A DNA stretch of 64,000 nt, taken from IMG/VR virus record IMGVR_UViG_3300028283_000002, positions 88,666-152,665 of that record. One strand, given 5' to 3'. Both the position numbers and the translations under genes were made by a program. The number at the start of each line of letters is the position of its first letter. Within the stretch, counting starts at the first letter, position 1. Positions 18,956-28,646 of this stretch are shown piece after piece. The notes below the pieces were generated by a model. It made no database searches. It had not been told where the DNA came from and was given only the letters and a program-made list of their open reading frames with translations. The DNA comes from a virus.

Positions 18956-21121
18956 CTAAATTTCGTTTAAAAGTGGTTTTATCTTATTTATAACATCTTC
19001 TGGTGTGATAGTTTTACTACACTCGAATTGTCTATCAGTCCCCTTATGTGCTGGACACCAATCCCAATCCCCTCTATCAAATTCGTATCTCAAATCGTTA
19101 AAACAACCGTTACAAACTTTTTCATTTATAACTCTTACACAATTTTCTTGAAATTCGCAGAATGGTTTACTAAATCCACTGATCATAACAACTTTCTTAC
19201 CGACAGCCCAAGCTACCCATGCTAGACCACTACCAATAGTTACCATAAACTCAGCGTGTCTTATTTGATTTATTCTTCTCTCAATAGATTGATCACCTGT
19301 CTCATTTATAATATTTTTTAAAACAGTTCCTTGTTTACTAATAATAACAACTTTAAGTCCTTGTTTATTAAGATAATCTACAACAGTTTGCCACCCTTTT
19401 GGGTAATGCCAATGTTTAGCGTTGGCTGTAGAATGCTCTGCTATAACCACATATTTATCTTTATAAGGTCTTTCTTTGTTAGGAATAGCAATTTTAGGTA
19501 TAATCTCTTTATATGGTAATCCAAGTATATCAGTAATAGTTTGTTGTAAAGGTACAATTCTATAATCATGTGGTTGTTGATTTCTATCTCCTCCCCAAGG
19601 TGGTGAAAACCAACCTATGTTATAAGTGGCGTATAAATTGTCTGGAGTAGTATCTGGCTTTATGAAGATAATATTCCCGTAAACGCTCTCAAATAAATGA
19701 TTTTGATGAGTAGAGCAATACATTATACATTCATGCTTCTTTCTAAATTCTTCTACAAATGGTATCCAGGCAATTGAGTCACCAAGAGAACTACTATGAA
19801 AAGCTATTAAAATATTTTTACCTTTTGGTTCAAAATCAAATTGTTGTGTATCGTCGCCGCTCACTTTTATTCTCCATTTTCTATAATAAGATGTATTAGG
19901 TTTTGCCCATCTATTAGAAGTCATATCTAATCCGTAAACTGATTTATCAGACCCTTCTGTCATGTCTATAAAATCAACATGGATGTTCTTCTCTGTTAAA
20001 CATTTCATTTCGAAATGTGCCCCGCTAACTCCATCTCTACCATTAAAATGAACGTTATAAGTCATTTTTGGATCGGTATGTGGTTTGGCTATAACTTCAC
20101 TATTAGAGTATGCTTCTATAACATGTTGACGCATGTCTTCACGTGTGAAATTATTTTTAACAGAAATAACAAAATTATAAAAATCATTTAGTTCTTTAAC
20201 TACAACACTCCAATCATATAATTTAGTCGTTTCGTGTACAGCGTCTTTGAAGGCATCGTAATTATTAATTACATTCTTTATTTTACTGGTAACATCAATT
20301 GTATTCCTTATACATTTTTCTAATCCAAGTAATGGTCTCTTACCGTCGTAAGTTCCAACAACTGGTAATCCACAAGCCATAGCCTCAACCAGTGTTAAAT
20401 TAGGATGACCAGCCTCTAATTCAGACGGATGCATGAATATAGTATGATCGTTATAAATATCAACTAATTCTGCTTCACTTGGATCTTTAATAAAATTAAT
20501 TTTCTTGTATTCTAAAAGATCTGGATTAGCGTTAAAAAAGTTTTTATTGTTGTCTGGACCAACTATTGTTATCTCTAAATCTAACTCTTTTGCAGCCTCA
20601 ATAGCGTAACGAAAACCTTTTCTATCAACTGATGGTTCACTAGCGTAACCATTATTAGCCACACAAAGTAATTTATGTTTTTCGTGTTTAATACCTTTAT
20701 CGTAATATATTGAAGTATCTGCACCGTGTTGTATATAAAACAATTTATCAGTTGTATCGAAATAGTCAACAAGAAAATCAGCGTAAGTTATTGAAGCTAC
20801 TGACTTTTTCATAGCCAATAAGTTAGTAGAGTAAAGAGTAGATAGTTTACCGTACCTCACAACGTGATGATCGTGTAAAGAAAAGACGTAAGGAATATTT
20901 CTATCGTTCCACGCCTCAACAGCTTGATTAGCAGCGTGAAAATGTACAATATCGTATTTTAATTTACCGTGTTCGTCATACAGTTCCCAAGGAAAAACTA
21001 CGTCAACTGTATGTCCAAGTTTTTCTAGTTGGAGTTTATAATTCCAAATGACTTTTTCTATTGCCCCCCAACTCTTGGGTGGTATTTCAATGGCACCGAG
21101 ATTTATTTGTGCTATTTTCAT
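18956..21121 (-). CDS. GT4 glycosyltransferase fused to an autotransporter O-heptosyltransferase (Aah/TibC-like) domain
   Basis: IPPKSWGAIE and EAMACGLPVV (GT4); SSSLGDSIAW, GLAWVAWAVGKKVVMISGFS and CNGC..WCP..FEC iron-finger cysteines. Confidence 0.85.
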   Translation of the reverse strand: MKIAQINLGAIEIPPKSWGAIEKVIWNYKLQLEKLGHTVDVVFPWELYDEHGKLKYDIVHFHAANQAVEAWNDRNIPYVFSLHDHHVVRYGKLSTLYSTNLLAMKKSVASITYADFLVDYFDTTDKLFYIQHGADTSIYYDKGIKHEKHKLLCVANNGYASEPSVDRKGFRYAIEAAKELDLEITIVGPDNNKNFFNANPDLLEYKKINFIKDPSEAELVDIYNDHTIFMHPSELEAGHPNLTLVEAMACGLPVVGTYDGKRPLLGLEKCIRNTIDVTSKIKNVINNYDAFKDAVHETTKLYDWSVVVKELNDFYNFVISVKNNFTREDMRQHVIEAYSNSEVIAKPHTDPKMTYNVHFNGRDGVSGAHFEMKCLTEKNIHVDFIDMTEGSDKSVYGLDMTSNRWAKPNTSYYRKWRIKVSGDDTQQFDFEPKGKNILIAFHSSSLGDSIAWIPFVEEFRKKHECIMYCSTHQNHLFESVYGNIIFIKPDTTPDNLYATYNIGWFSPPWGGDRNQQPHDYRIVPLQQTITDILGLPYKEIIPKIAIPNKERPYKDKYVVIAEHSTANAKHWHYPKGWQTVVDYLNKQGLKVVIISKQGTVLKNIINETGDQSIERRINQIRHAEFMVTIGSGLAWVAWAVGKKVVMISGFSKPFCEFQENCVRVINEKVCNGCFNDLRYEFDRGDWDWCPAHKGTDRQFECSKTITPEDVINKIKPLLNEI

Positions 21122-21312
21122 ATTGTTTCCTCCTTTTTATAATTTTCTAGTGGGCACCAATGTGGTATTACCATATCGGCTTCCAATATTTTATTTGCGA
21201 ATTCACAAGTATATTCGTAAATTGGTAAATCGTCATCTAAAGGTTTGCCTTTTATAGAATGAGGACAATAGAAACAATCTTTATCTATTAAGTAACCATC
21301 TGTTATTTTCAT
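21118..21312 (-). CDS. small Cys-containing hypothetical protein
   Basis: CFYCP...C...WCPL; 4-bp overlap with the next gene. Confidence 0.6.
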   Translation of the reverse strand: MKITDGYLIDKDCFYCPHSIKGKPLDDDLPIYEYTCEFANKILEADMVIPHWCPLENYKKEETI

Positions 21313-21349
21313 TTATAACTTTTTCTTTTTTAGATGTTTTTAACATCTT

Positions 21350-24300
21350 TCACTCCACTTCGGTGTCCCTTTCTGTGAATAATCCATTTTCCACAATATC
21401 TTTATAGTTATTCATATTTACATTGAATTTTTGTACATCTAAAACAGTATTTGTTGTAGAATCTAAAAATGTCGCTGTTATATTATAATTATCTGTATTA
21501 GACATAATTACTTTTCTCAAGTAATAACTTCTTTCTTTTACGTAGTGAGTACTAGTTTCAATTTTTCCGTTATTTTCAAATAAGAATTCTATTCTTCTAT
21601 TATCTTTATTATTGGAAGAATTAAACCAAACAATAAAACTATTACCTTGATTTTTAACTGGTAATATTGCTAAATATTCAACTCCCGAAAATATATTAAT
21701 ATTTGAATTATTGAATAATTTTTCTTCGTTAGTTTCTTCAATTATTAGATTTTTGGAGTGCTTTGATAATTTCATATAGAAATAATTTTCCAAGAAATTA
21801 TGTGAACCGTTATTTTCGCATTCTGAATTATAATCCCAAGGAGTTCTTATTACTTTATCAAATACACTAGTGTAAAATTCAGTATTCACTATGAAAAATA
21901 CACTCTTATATAATTTCATATCTCCTTCGTTATAAGACATAAAATATCCTTTTTTATTCTCTTTATCCATCCTATCACATAATTTGTTAATAGTATCTAT
22001 ATTAGATTGATTAAGAATAAAATCGTAACTCACACTTATAACTTTATCGTAACCTGCGGATTTAGCGAATTTTATAGAATTCTCAATGTTATTAAAAACT
22101 GTTAACGATTGATTAAGATCTGAATTCTTTTGTAATCTATCAAGTCTTATTTCCACTTTACCTTGTTGTATAGTTGACCAATATAAATTATATAAAGAGT
22201 GACCAATTAAAGGATTATAAGCGTCATAAATGTAATAATCTACTTTATCTTGTAAATTTTTATTAACTGGATAATGAGAAGCCAATATAATTTTATTACC
22301 AGTCGATTTTAAACTGTCTATGCATAATTCAGTAGTGTCCTCTTTTATCTTAGTGTCTGGATAAGTGAGTACAAGATATATATTTCCTTTTGGTTCAGAT
22401 ACAGGTGATTGAGTCTCAGTAATTATTTCTTTAGATTCTATATCAATTATTTTTGGTTTGGAGTCTTTTGTTAATCTAAGTTCTTTTACGAATAAGAGTT
22501 GATCCTTTATCATATAATCAGCACTAAATCCAATAAAATTTGGATCTGTTTTATAGTAATTTACCCCAGGTGAAACCCAGTTACAATAACCACCGTTATT
22601 GAAAACTAAATTTTCAGCAGTATAAACAATATCACCTGTTTCTATATTCCTAATCAAAACATTCAATTTAACGTCTTTGAGAGGTCCGTTATAAGGTAGA
22701 TATAATCTATTCTCTTCTGGTTTAAAATCTAAATCAAAATCATCTTTAACTGGATATATCGATGTGTCTTTATTGTCATCAATGAGTTCATTTATTTCTT
22801 TCCTAACTTTATCTGAGTCTGGAACTATATCTAACTTTAAAGTTTTTGTAAATAGAAAAGTTCCGTTATGACTCACATCGAAAGAAAATTCTTTATATTT
22901 TTGATGTCCATATATCATTACCCAAATTGGATTATAAGGAGATAAAGAAGACTTAGCAGTATAAATATTTTTAGATTCACCAGCATTAACAACAATTGAG
23001 AAATCCGCTATATCCTGTTGGAAAAAATCACTTAAACAAAAATAAAATTTCTGGTCTTCTTTGTTATACTCAATTATAATATCATCTGGATTTTTATCCT
23101 TTAACAACGTATCAACATTTTTTTTTAAAAAATGTTCAACATTTTCGCCCTGAATAGTTGAAACACCCTCTATTTGAGTGGTCAATCTTGGAGCAATTGC
23201 TTTAGTTCTCCTTTTAAACATATCATTGAACATCAAATCTGAAACGTCCCATAATATAGTATCGTAAGATCTTTTTATATAATCAAAAGCAAATTTTGGA
23301 AACATAATTGACTGAATACCAATTATTTTATTTGTTATATACATCCAATCATTTATATCACCGTGTTTATCAGATACCATTTCTCCTGTTCTTAGATTTC
23401 TATTATCACCAAAAGACATGTAATATATTCCTCTTTCGTTTATATGATCACACGATTGGAACACTTTATCTACAAATTCTTCGATTGGCACAGCCAATTT
23501 ACAATCAGACTCAAATATCATAAGAAAATCTACGTCATCTGTTGCCTCTGTTAAAACAGCTTTTTTAAATGACTGGTAATTTCCGTAATGTGGTCCCTTT
23601 AATGAGTAAGCACCAATTCTACCAACGTCATTTGGCCTGGCGCAAAATTCTCTTGGTGGAGTTTCAGTATATCTCTGATTAATATGTTGAACGTAATCTA
23701 TGCCGTAATCTTTTAATTTTTCTAATTGTTTTATAGAATCGCTTTTTCTATTATCTTCTTCCAATAAAAGATGTACTGCTCTAATTTTATATTTTCTATC
23801 GGTCTTAATATCTCTAGGAAACAAAAAATTCTTAACTAAACCAGCGTCAATATCTTCGTTACCATTAAGATAATGTATTGTTTCTTCTGTATCATACTTC
23901 CTATTATAAACGTCAAGTGGGAATAAGAACTGATGTATTTGATGCTCTAAAGCTTCTTTAATTACAAGTGGATTTAATTCTTTATTCCAACGAAATCCTC
24001 TTGACGTAAAAAGAAATAAATCACAAGCGTCTAACCAATCATCAATATCATCTCTTTCACCGAGAATATTACAATTTTTTGGTTTTATCTTCATTAAAGG
24101 TCTCCAATAATCTTGGAAGTTATCCGCCTGATTACCAATAAAATGGAATTGGATTTTTTCGTTTTTAAGTTTCCTGGCTATTTCGAAGGAGTAGGCTTGA
24201 TTTTTTCTTGGTGTGAACAGACCAACGTTAACAACGTGTTTAAGTTTTGGATCTAGACCGAGTTTTTTCATTGCCTCAGCTTTTCTTTCGGGTGTTGGTA

Positions 24301-24784
24301 TAGATTTTTCAACGGGATATTCTATTACTTCTGTTGGTATTCCGAATTTATTAAATTTGAAGCAGTTATATTGTGATACAAATAAAAATTTATCGGGGAA
24401 CCATATTTTATCGTCAACGTTATAGTCAGATGAATGAGTTGTTTCGAAGATTTTATATTTTCTGTCCAGTTTATAAATGTCTTTAGCTAGATTGAAATCT
24501 ATATTAAATAGTTCTGGTATTTCTTCGAAATGAATGTAATCTGGTTGAACTTTTTCAATTATGTCTAACAATTCTCTTTTATTATCGCCTAGGGTCCAGA
24601 AATGTTCTGGGGCAAGAAGTTTTTTAAGTCTATTTTTTTGAATAATAAAATCGTTTGAGTAATTATTAAATTCTACTACGTAAATATCAATATCATCTTT
24701 AACTAATTCTACTCTTTTAACAAGCACTTGAGGACCACCTCCCGTGGAAAAATGTGGGGAAATTGATAATAATTTTTTCTTCAT
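21350..24784 (-). CDS. multidomain glycosyltransferase (N-terminal GT4 plus further GT-A-like domains)
   Basis: STGGGPQ, NVGLFTPRKNQ, PLVIKEAL; IFESD and SYDF acidic motifs in later domains. Confidence 0.8.
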   Translation of the reverse strand: MKKKLLSISPHFSTGGGPQVLVKRVELVKDDIDIYVVEFNNYSNDFIIQKNRLKKLLAPEHFWTLGDNKRELLDIIEKVQPDYIHFEEIPELFNIDFNLAKDIYKLDRKYKIFETTHSSDYNVDDKIWFPDKFLFVSQYNCFKFNKFGIPTEVIEYPVEKSIPTPERKAEAMKKLGLDPKLKHVVNVGLFTPRKNQAYSFEIARKLKNEKIQFHFIGNQADNFQDYWRPLMKIKPKNCNILGERDDIDDWLDACDLFLFTSRGFRWNKELNPLVIKEALEHQIHQFLFPLDVYNRKYDTEETIHYLNGNEDIDAGLVKNFLFPRDIKTDRKYKIRAVHLLLEEDNRKSDSIKQLEKLKDYGIDYVQHINQRYTETPPREFCARPNDVGRIGAYSLKGPHYGNYQSFKKAVLTEATDDVDFLMIFESDCKLAVPIEEFVDKVFQSCDHINERGIYYMSFGDNRNLRTGEMVSDKHGDINDWMYITNKIIGIQSIMFPKFAFDYIKRSYDTILWDVSDLMFNDMFKRRTKAIAPRLTTQIEGVSTIQGENVEHFLKKNVDTLLKDKNPDDIIIEYNKEDQKFYFCLSDFFQQDIADFSIVVNAGESKNIYTAKSSLSPYNPIWVMIYGHQKYKEFSFDVSHNGTFLFTKTLKLDIVPDSDKVRKEINELIDDNKDTSIYPVKDDFDLDFKPEENRLYLPYNGPLKDVKLNVLIRNIETGDIVYTAENLVFNNGGYCNWVSPGVNYYKTDPNFIGFSADYMIKDQLLFVKELRLTKDSKPKIIDIESKEIITETQSPVSEPKGNIYLVLTYPDTKIKEDTTELCIDSLKSTGNKIILASHYPVNKNLQDKVDYYIYDAYNPLIGHSLYNLYWSTIQQGKVEIRLDRLQKNSDLNQSLTVFNNIENSIKFAKSAGYDKVISVSYDFILNQSNIDTINKLCDRMDKENKKGYFMSYNEGDMKLYKSVFFIVNTEFYTSVFDKVIRTPWDYNSECENNGSHNFLENYFYMKLSKHSKNLIIEETNEEKLFNNSNINIFSGVEYLAILPVKNQGNSFIVWFNSSNNKDNRRIEFLFENNGKIETSTHYVKERSYYLRKVIMSNTDNYNITATFLDSTTNTVLDVQKFNVNMNNYKDIVENGLFTERDTEVE

Positions 24785-25515
24785 CTATTAATTTTTTCTT
24801 TTTTGATTAATTTAAATTTTTTACATTCGTATCTAGTGAAAAAAGACATGCTACATCCGATATGTTCGATAACTTCTTTTCTACTATTGAATACTAATTC
24901 TTCACCATTTGGCGTTTCTATATAATATCTAGTCGCGTCTGGATTAGTTAAACCTGTGTTTTTACCTTTTCTTATTTCACTCCAATGTTTTTTAGTTTCG
25001 TCTGAATGATGTTTTCCAAACATAGGATGCTCTTCACCAACGCATTTTCCTTTTCTGCTTTCTGAAATTTTTTCTATTGTTTCTTTTGATTTATTTTTAC
25101 CAGGATTTTCATCACCTAACCATTTTATTCTTAATTGTTCTTTTTGTTCTTCGGTCATTTTTTGAAGTTTCCTTTTCTCTCTTATTTTCTCTTTTGTTTC
25201 TTCTGGTAAATGTTTACCAAACATAGGGTTATTTTCACCCTTCATTGATCTGAAGGTTCTACCCCCTTCACAAATATTATATCCTATTTTCCAGTTCGTA
25301 GAATTGAGTTCTTTAATCCAGTGGATTTCTCTTTCATCCATGTGTTTTTCATCTGAACAAATTTCCAATGTTTCTTTTTTAAAGTTTTCCTTACCATATT
25401 TTTTGATGGCTAATTTTATTGACGTGCCAGATCCAAAGTACTTAGGATTATCTTTAATGTCTTGGCCAACATATATTTTATCGTTGATCAGATTTGTAAT
25501 TTTATAAATTATCAT
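24781..25515 (-). CDS. GIY-YIG homing endonuclease with NUMOD3 repeats (Seg-like)
   Basis: IIYKITNLINDKIYVGQ, YFGSG, GYNI, NPMFGKH motifs. Confidence 0.9.
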   Translation of the reverse strand: MIIYKITNLINDKIYVGQDIKDNPKYFGSGTSIKLAIKKYGKENFKKETLEICSDEKHMDEREIHWIKELNSTNWKIGYNICEGGRTFRSMKGENNPMFGKHLPEETKEKIREKRKLQKMTEEQKEQLRIKWLGDENPGKNKSKETIEKISESRKGKCVGEEHPMFGKHHSDETKKHWSEIRKGKNTGLTNPDATRYYIETPNGEELVFNSRKEVIEHIGCSMSFFTRYECKKFKLIKKEKINR

Positions 25516-25671
25516 TGTTTTTTATTGTTATATATTAAAAATTAACCGCCTGTTCTTAAATAGGGTGATATATTTTCTATGATATATAATAATTTATATA
25601 TCGTGCAATGGTGGGCAGGTTTAAATTTTCGTTGTTTAATTTTTTAATATATAGAATAAAAATCTGCCACC

Positions 25672-27993
25672 GTGAGTTTCAAAAAATTCCAAATTATTAG
25701 TCCAGATACCATAGGTAGTCCTGATCCAGGGCACATTTATCTTGGTAGAGATAATATAGGGCTTTGGGAAAAATATCCAGACGGTGAATGGGTTTATATT
25801 GTAACTGGCGGTACAACAGGTGCTGGCACTAGTGGTACATCTGGTGAAGCAGGATCATCTGGTAAAGACGGATCATTTATAGGATCATCTGGAATAAGTG
25901 GAAGCTCAGGCATTTCAAGTAGCTCAGGTATTAGTGGTAGTTCAGGTAAATCTGGAACAGACGGAACATCTGGCACTAGTGGATATACAGGATCATCAGG
26001 CACGACAGGCACATCAGGCAAAACTGGTACATCTGGATCAAGTGGAACTAGTGGTAAAACTGGTTCAAGTGGATCATCTGGTAAGGATGGAAATTTTTGG
26101 GGATCTAGCGGCACATCAGCTACATCAGGTATAAACGGAGGATACGGGGGATCATCAAGAAAATGGAGATTTACTACATCAGCAACCCCAGTAACACCTG
26201 GTTATTTTAACGCGACTGGAACAACTTTCAACTTAAATGATATAAACTGTATTAGAATAAATGGTCAAGATTTTGATAACCAGAGTGTTAATTCGTGGTT
26301 AAGTTCCTGGGTTAATGGTGTATTAAAAATAGAGGAGTGGGGTAATGCTCAAAATTTTGGAATATATTCGATAATAAGTGGTATTACTACAAATATTTAC
26401 AATATTATAGGCGATTTTTACGAAATAAGTGGAATAACAACATTTAGCGCAGATGGCACTTTAACCAATGGAATAGATTATTTAATATCTTATGTACCTG
26501 GTTCTATGGTGTCTAGTAGTGGAAAAAATGGAACTAGTGGTTCTTCAGGTATTGGGGTGGATTATTTAGATATAACTATTATAACGGCTTATACATATAC
26601 AATATTACCAAGTGATAAATTTTTAATAGTCAATACATTTTCACTTATAGATGGTGAAATAATATTACCCCCTTGTAATGGCAGTGGGAGAGTTATAAAA
26701 ATAAAAAGCGATAATCATAAACCTATAAATATAGTTCCAAATACATTTCTTTGGTATATTGTAGATACTGGTTATACTATATCTGATTATATAGATACTG
26801 AGTTTTTCGCTCCTTGGGCTGGAAATTCAATAGGAAATCCAAAATATTTATTGAGTCAGGGAGTTATAGATCTTGTAGATGTTGTATCGCAAGATCAAAG
26901 CTTGGGAAATGGTGGATTATGGAACATTTTAAATGAAGAAAATAGAAGTGTGACAATATTAACAGGTTATACTGAACTACATGGTAACGATTTAATTCCA
27001 AGATATCTAGTGTGCTCTGGTGGAACTTATAATATATTATTACCTGAAGCTAATAGAACTGGTGTAATTTTCAATTTTAAAAACGCGAGTACAGGTGTGA
27101 TCACAATTAACGCACAACCAAGTGAATATATAGATGGATTATCCACTTTAGTATTACCTTCTTATGTCTCTTTAGTTGACTCTGGTTATTACAATTGGAG
27201 CATATTCGAAGATATAGATGAAGGTGGAGCTGGATCTAGTGGAACTAGTGGACATAGTGGATCATCTGGATCTAGTGGATTTGGCAGTCCTGGTGACTCT
27301 GGTTCAAGTGGCACTAGTGGATATGGTGGAACATCTGGATCTAGTGGGTTTGGCAGTCCTGGTGACTCTGGATCTTCAGGAACAACCGGCACTTCAGGTA
27401 CGTCTGGAATATCTGGCACAAGTGGATCTTCTGGTACAACAGGTACATCAGGTAGTTCCGGGATAGGTAGTTCTGGAACAAGCGGTAGTTCAGGTTGGAG
27501 TGGTGGGAGTTCAGGTACTAGTGGTTGGAGTGGTGGGAGTTCAGGTACTAGTGGTTGGAGTGGTGGGAGTTCAGGTACTAGTGGTTGGAGTGGTGGGAGT
27601 TCAGGTACTAGTGGTTCATCAGGTTCATCAGGGACAAGTGGATCTTCAGGATCATCTGGTATATATATAATTGATATAGAAGAATTGAATTTTAATGTGG
27701 AAGTTTCAGGTGAAACAAATATTTTTTTGGACGATTATGCTTGGTACCCATATGAAGTCAGTGGATTAACGTTGAGAACACCAAATGGAACTTGTTATGT
27801 TGATATGATGATAAGTGGAACTAGTGTTTTAAGTATAAGCGGAATGACTAATATAACAGGAAGTACAAATTTAAATATTTATTATTCAACTGAAAATTAC
27901 ACAGTAAATATTGGAAATAAATTCTATATTAAAATTAATAATAATATTAATGCTGTATATCTAATTGGATCAACTAAAATTAGAAGAATTTAA
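25672..27993 (+). CDS. Gly-Ser-Ser/Gly-Thr-Ser triplet-repeat fibre-like virion protein
   Basis: Long G-X-X collagen-like tracts of S/T; TAATATATA at 25645-25653. Confidence 0.75.
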   Translation: MSFKKFQIISPDTIGSPDPGHIYLGRDNIGLWEKYPDGEWVYIVTGGTTGAGTSGTSGEAGSSGKDGSFIGSSGISGSSGISSSSGISGSSGKSGTDGTSGTSGYTGSSGTTGTSGKTGTSGSSGTSGKTGSSGSSGKDGNFWGSSGTSATSGINGGYGGSSRKWRFTTSATPVTPGYFNATGTTFNLNDINCIRINGQDFDNQSVNSWLSSWVNGVLKIEEWGNAQNFGIYSIISGITTNIYNIIGDFYEISGITTFSADGTLTNGIDYLISYVPGSMVSSSGKNGTSGSSGIGVDYLDITIITAYTYTILPSDKFLIVNTFSLIDGEIILPPCNGSGRVIKIKSDNHKPINIVPNTFLWYIVDTGYTISDYIDTEFFAPWAGNSIGNPKYLLSQGVIDLVDVVSQDQSLGNGGLWNILNEENRSVTILTGYTELHGNDLIPRYLVCSGGTYNILLPEANRTGVIFNFKNASTGVITINAQPSEYIDGLSTLVLPSYVSLVDSGYYNWSIFEDIDEGGAGSSGTSGHSGSSGSSGFGSPGDSGSSGTSGYGGTSGSSGFGSPGDSGSSGTTGTSGTSGISGTSGSSGTTGTSGSSGIGSSGTSGSSGWSGGSSGTSGWSGGSSGTSGWSGGSSGTSGWSGGSSGTSGSSGSSGTSGSSGSSGIYIIDIEELNFNVEVSGETNIFLDDYAWYPYEVSGLTLRTPNGTCYVDMMISGTSVLSISGMTNITGSTNLNIYYSTENYTVNIGNKFYIKINNNINAVYLIGSTKIRRI
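27493..27612 (+). repeat. four exact tandem copies of a 30-bp unit (GGTTGGAGTGGTGGGAGTTCAGGTACTAGT; GWSGGSSGTS)
   Basis: Directly visible; in frame within 25672-27993. Confidence 0.95.
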
Positions 27994-28646
27994 TGAAAAG
28001 AAGATTTGTTTATAAGCGTAGCAGATACATACCTTATGATAAATTAGACTACGGATATTTGTATAATTGGTATGTTGTATCAGATGTTAGAAATATAACT
28101 AACATCGGTTGGCATGTACCGAGCTTGGCTGAATGGGAAACATTAAGATTTGCTGTAGGATCTTACCCAAGTGGTCTAGGATCAGGGTACCCCCTAATAG
28201 AAACTGGTTCAACTTATTGGCAACCACCTATCACAAACGCTACAAACTCAACTGGATTTAATGGGAGACCAAATGGTACAAGATTAGTTAATGGATCATT
28301 TTCTGGCGGGCACACTTATGGTCACTGGTGGTCAAGTACAGATGTTTTTGGCACTAATGCATATGAAAAATATTTATTCGATTCAAATTATCTTAATCAA
28401 ACAAATCCAGATAAAAAAACAGGATCAAGCTTACGTCTCATAAAAGATGTAACATCAGTAATACCTGGTGGATATACTGGAAACAACGGACTGCAGTACA
28501 CTTCTGTTATAATAGACACCCAAGAATGGTTATCGGAAAATCTTACTGAGACTCAATATAGAAACGGTGATTCTATCCCAAATGTAACAAATAATACAGA
28601 TTGGTCCCTTTTATCAACTGGTGCTATTTGTACCTATTTATTTTAA
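27993..28646 (+). CDS. FISUMP (Fibrobacter succinogenes major paralogous) domain protein
   Basis: YGYLYNW, GWHVPSLAEW, WWSST, SLRLIKD, QEWLSENL motifs. Confidence 0.8.
   Translation: MKRRFVYKRSRYIPYDKLDYGYLYNWYVVSDVRNITNIGWHVPSLAEWETLRFAVGSYPSGLGSGYPLIETGSTYWQPPITNATNSTGFNGRPNGTRLVNGSFSGGHTYGHWWSSTDVFGTNAYEKYLFDSNYLNQTNPDKKTGSSLRLIKDVTSVIPGGYTGNNGLQYTSVIIDTQEWLSENLTETQYRNGDSIPNVTNNTDWSLLSTGAICTYLF

Noticed and set aside
25794-27466. Pro/Asp/Val-rich antisense and alternative-frame ORFs (25794-26114, 25898-26134, 27189-27419, 27218-27466)
   Set aside because: Shadows of the Gly-Ser repeat codons of the fibre gene
27493-27612. CRISPR array
   Set aside because: The 30-bp repeats are contiguous with no spacers and lie in frame in a coding gene
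27993-28646. Diversity-generating retroelement
   Set aside because: No reverse transcriptase and no template/variable repeat pair in the window
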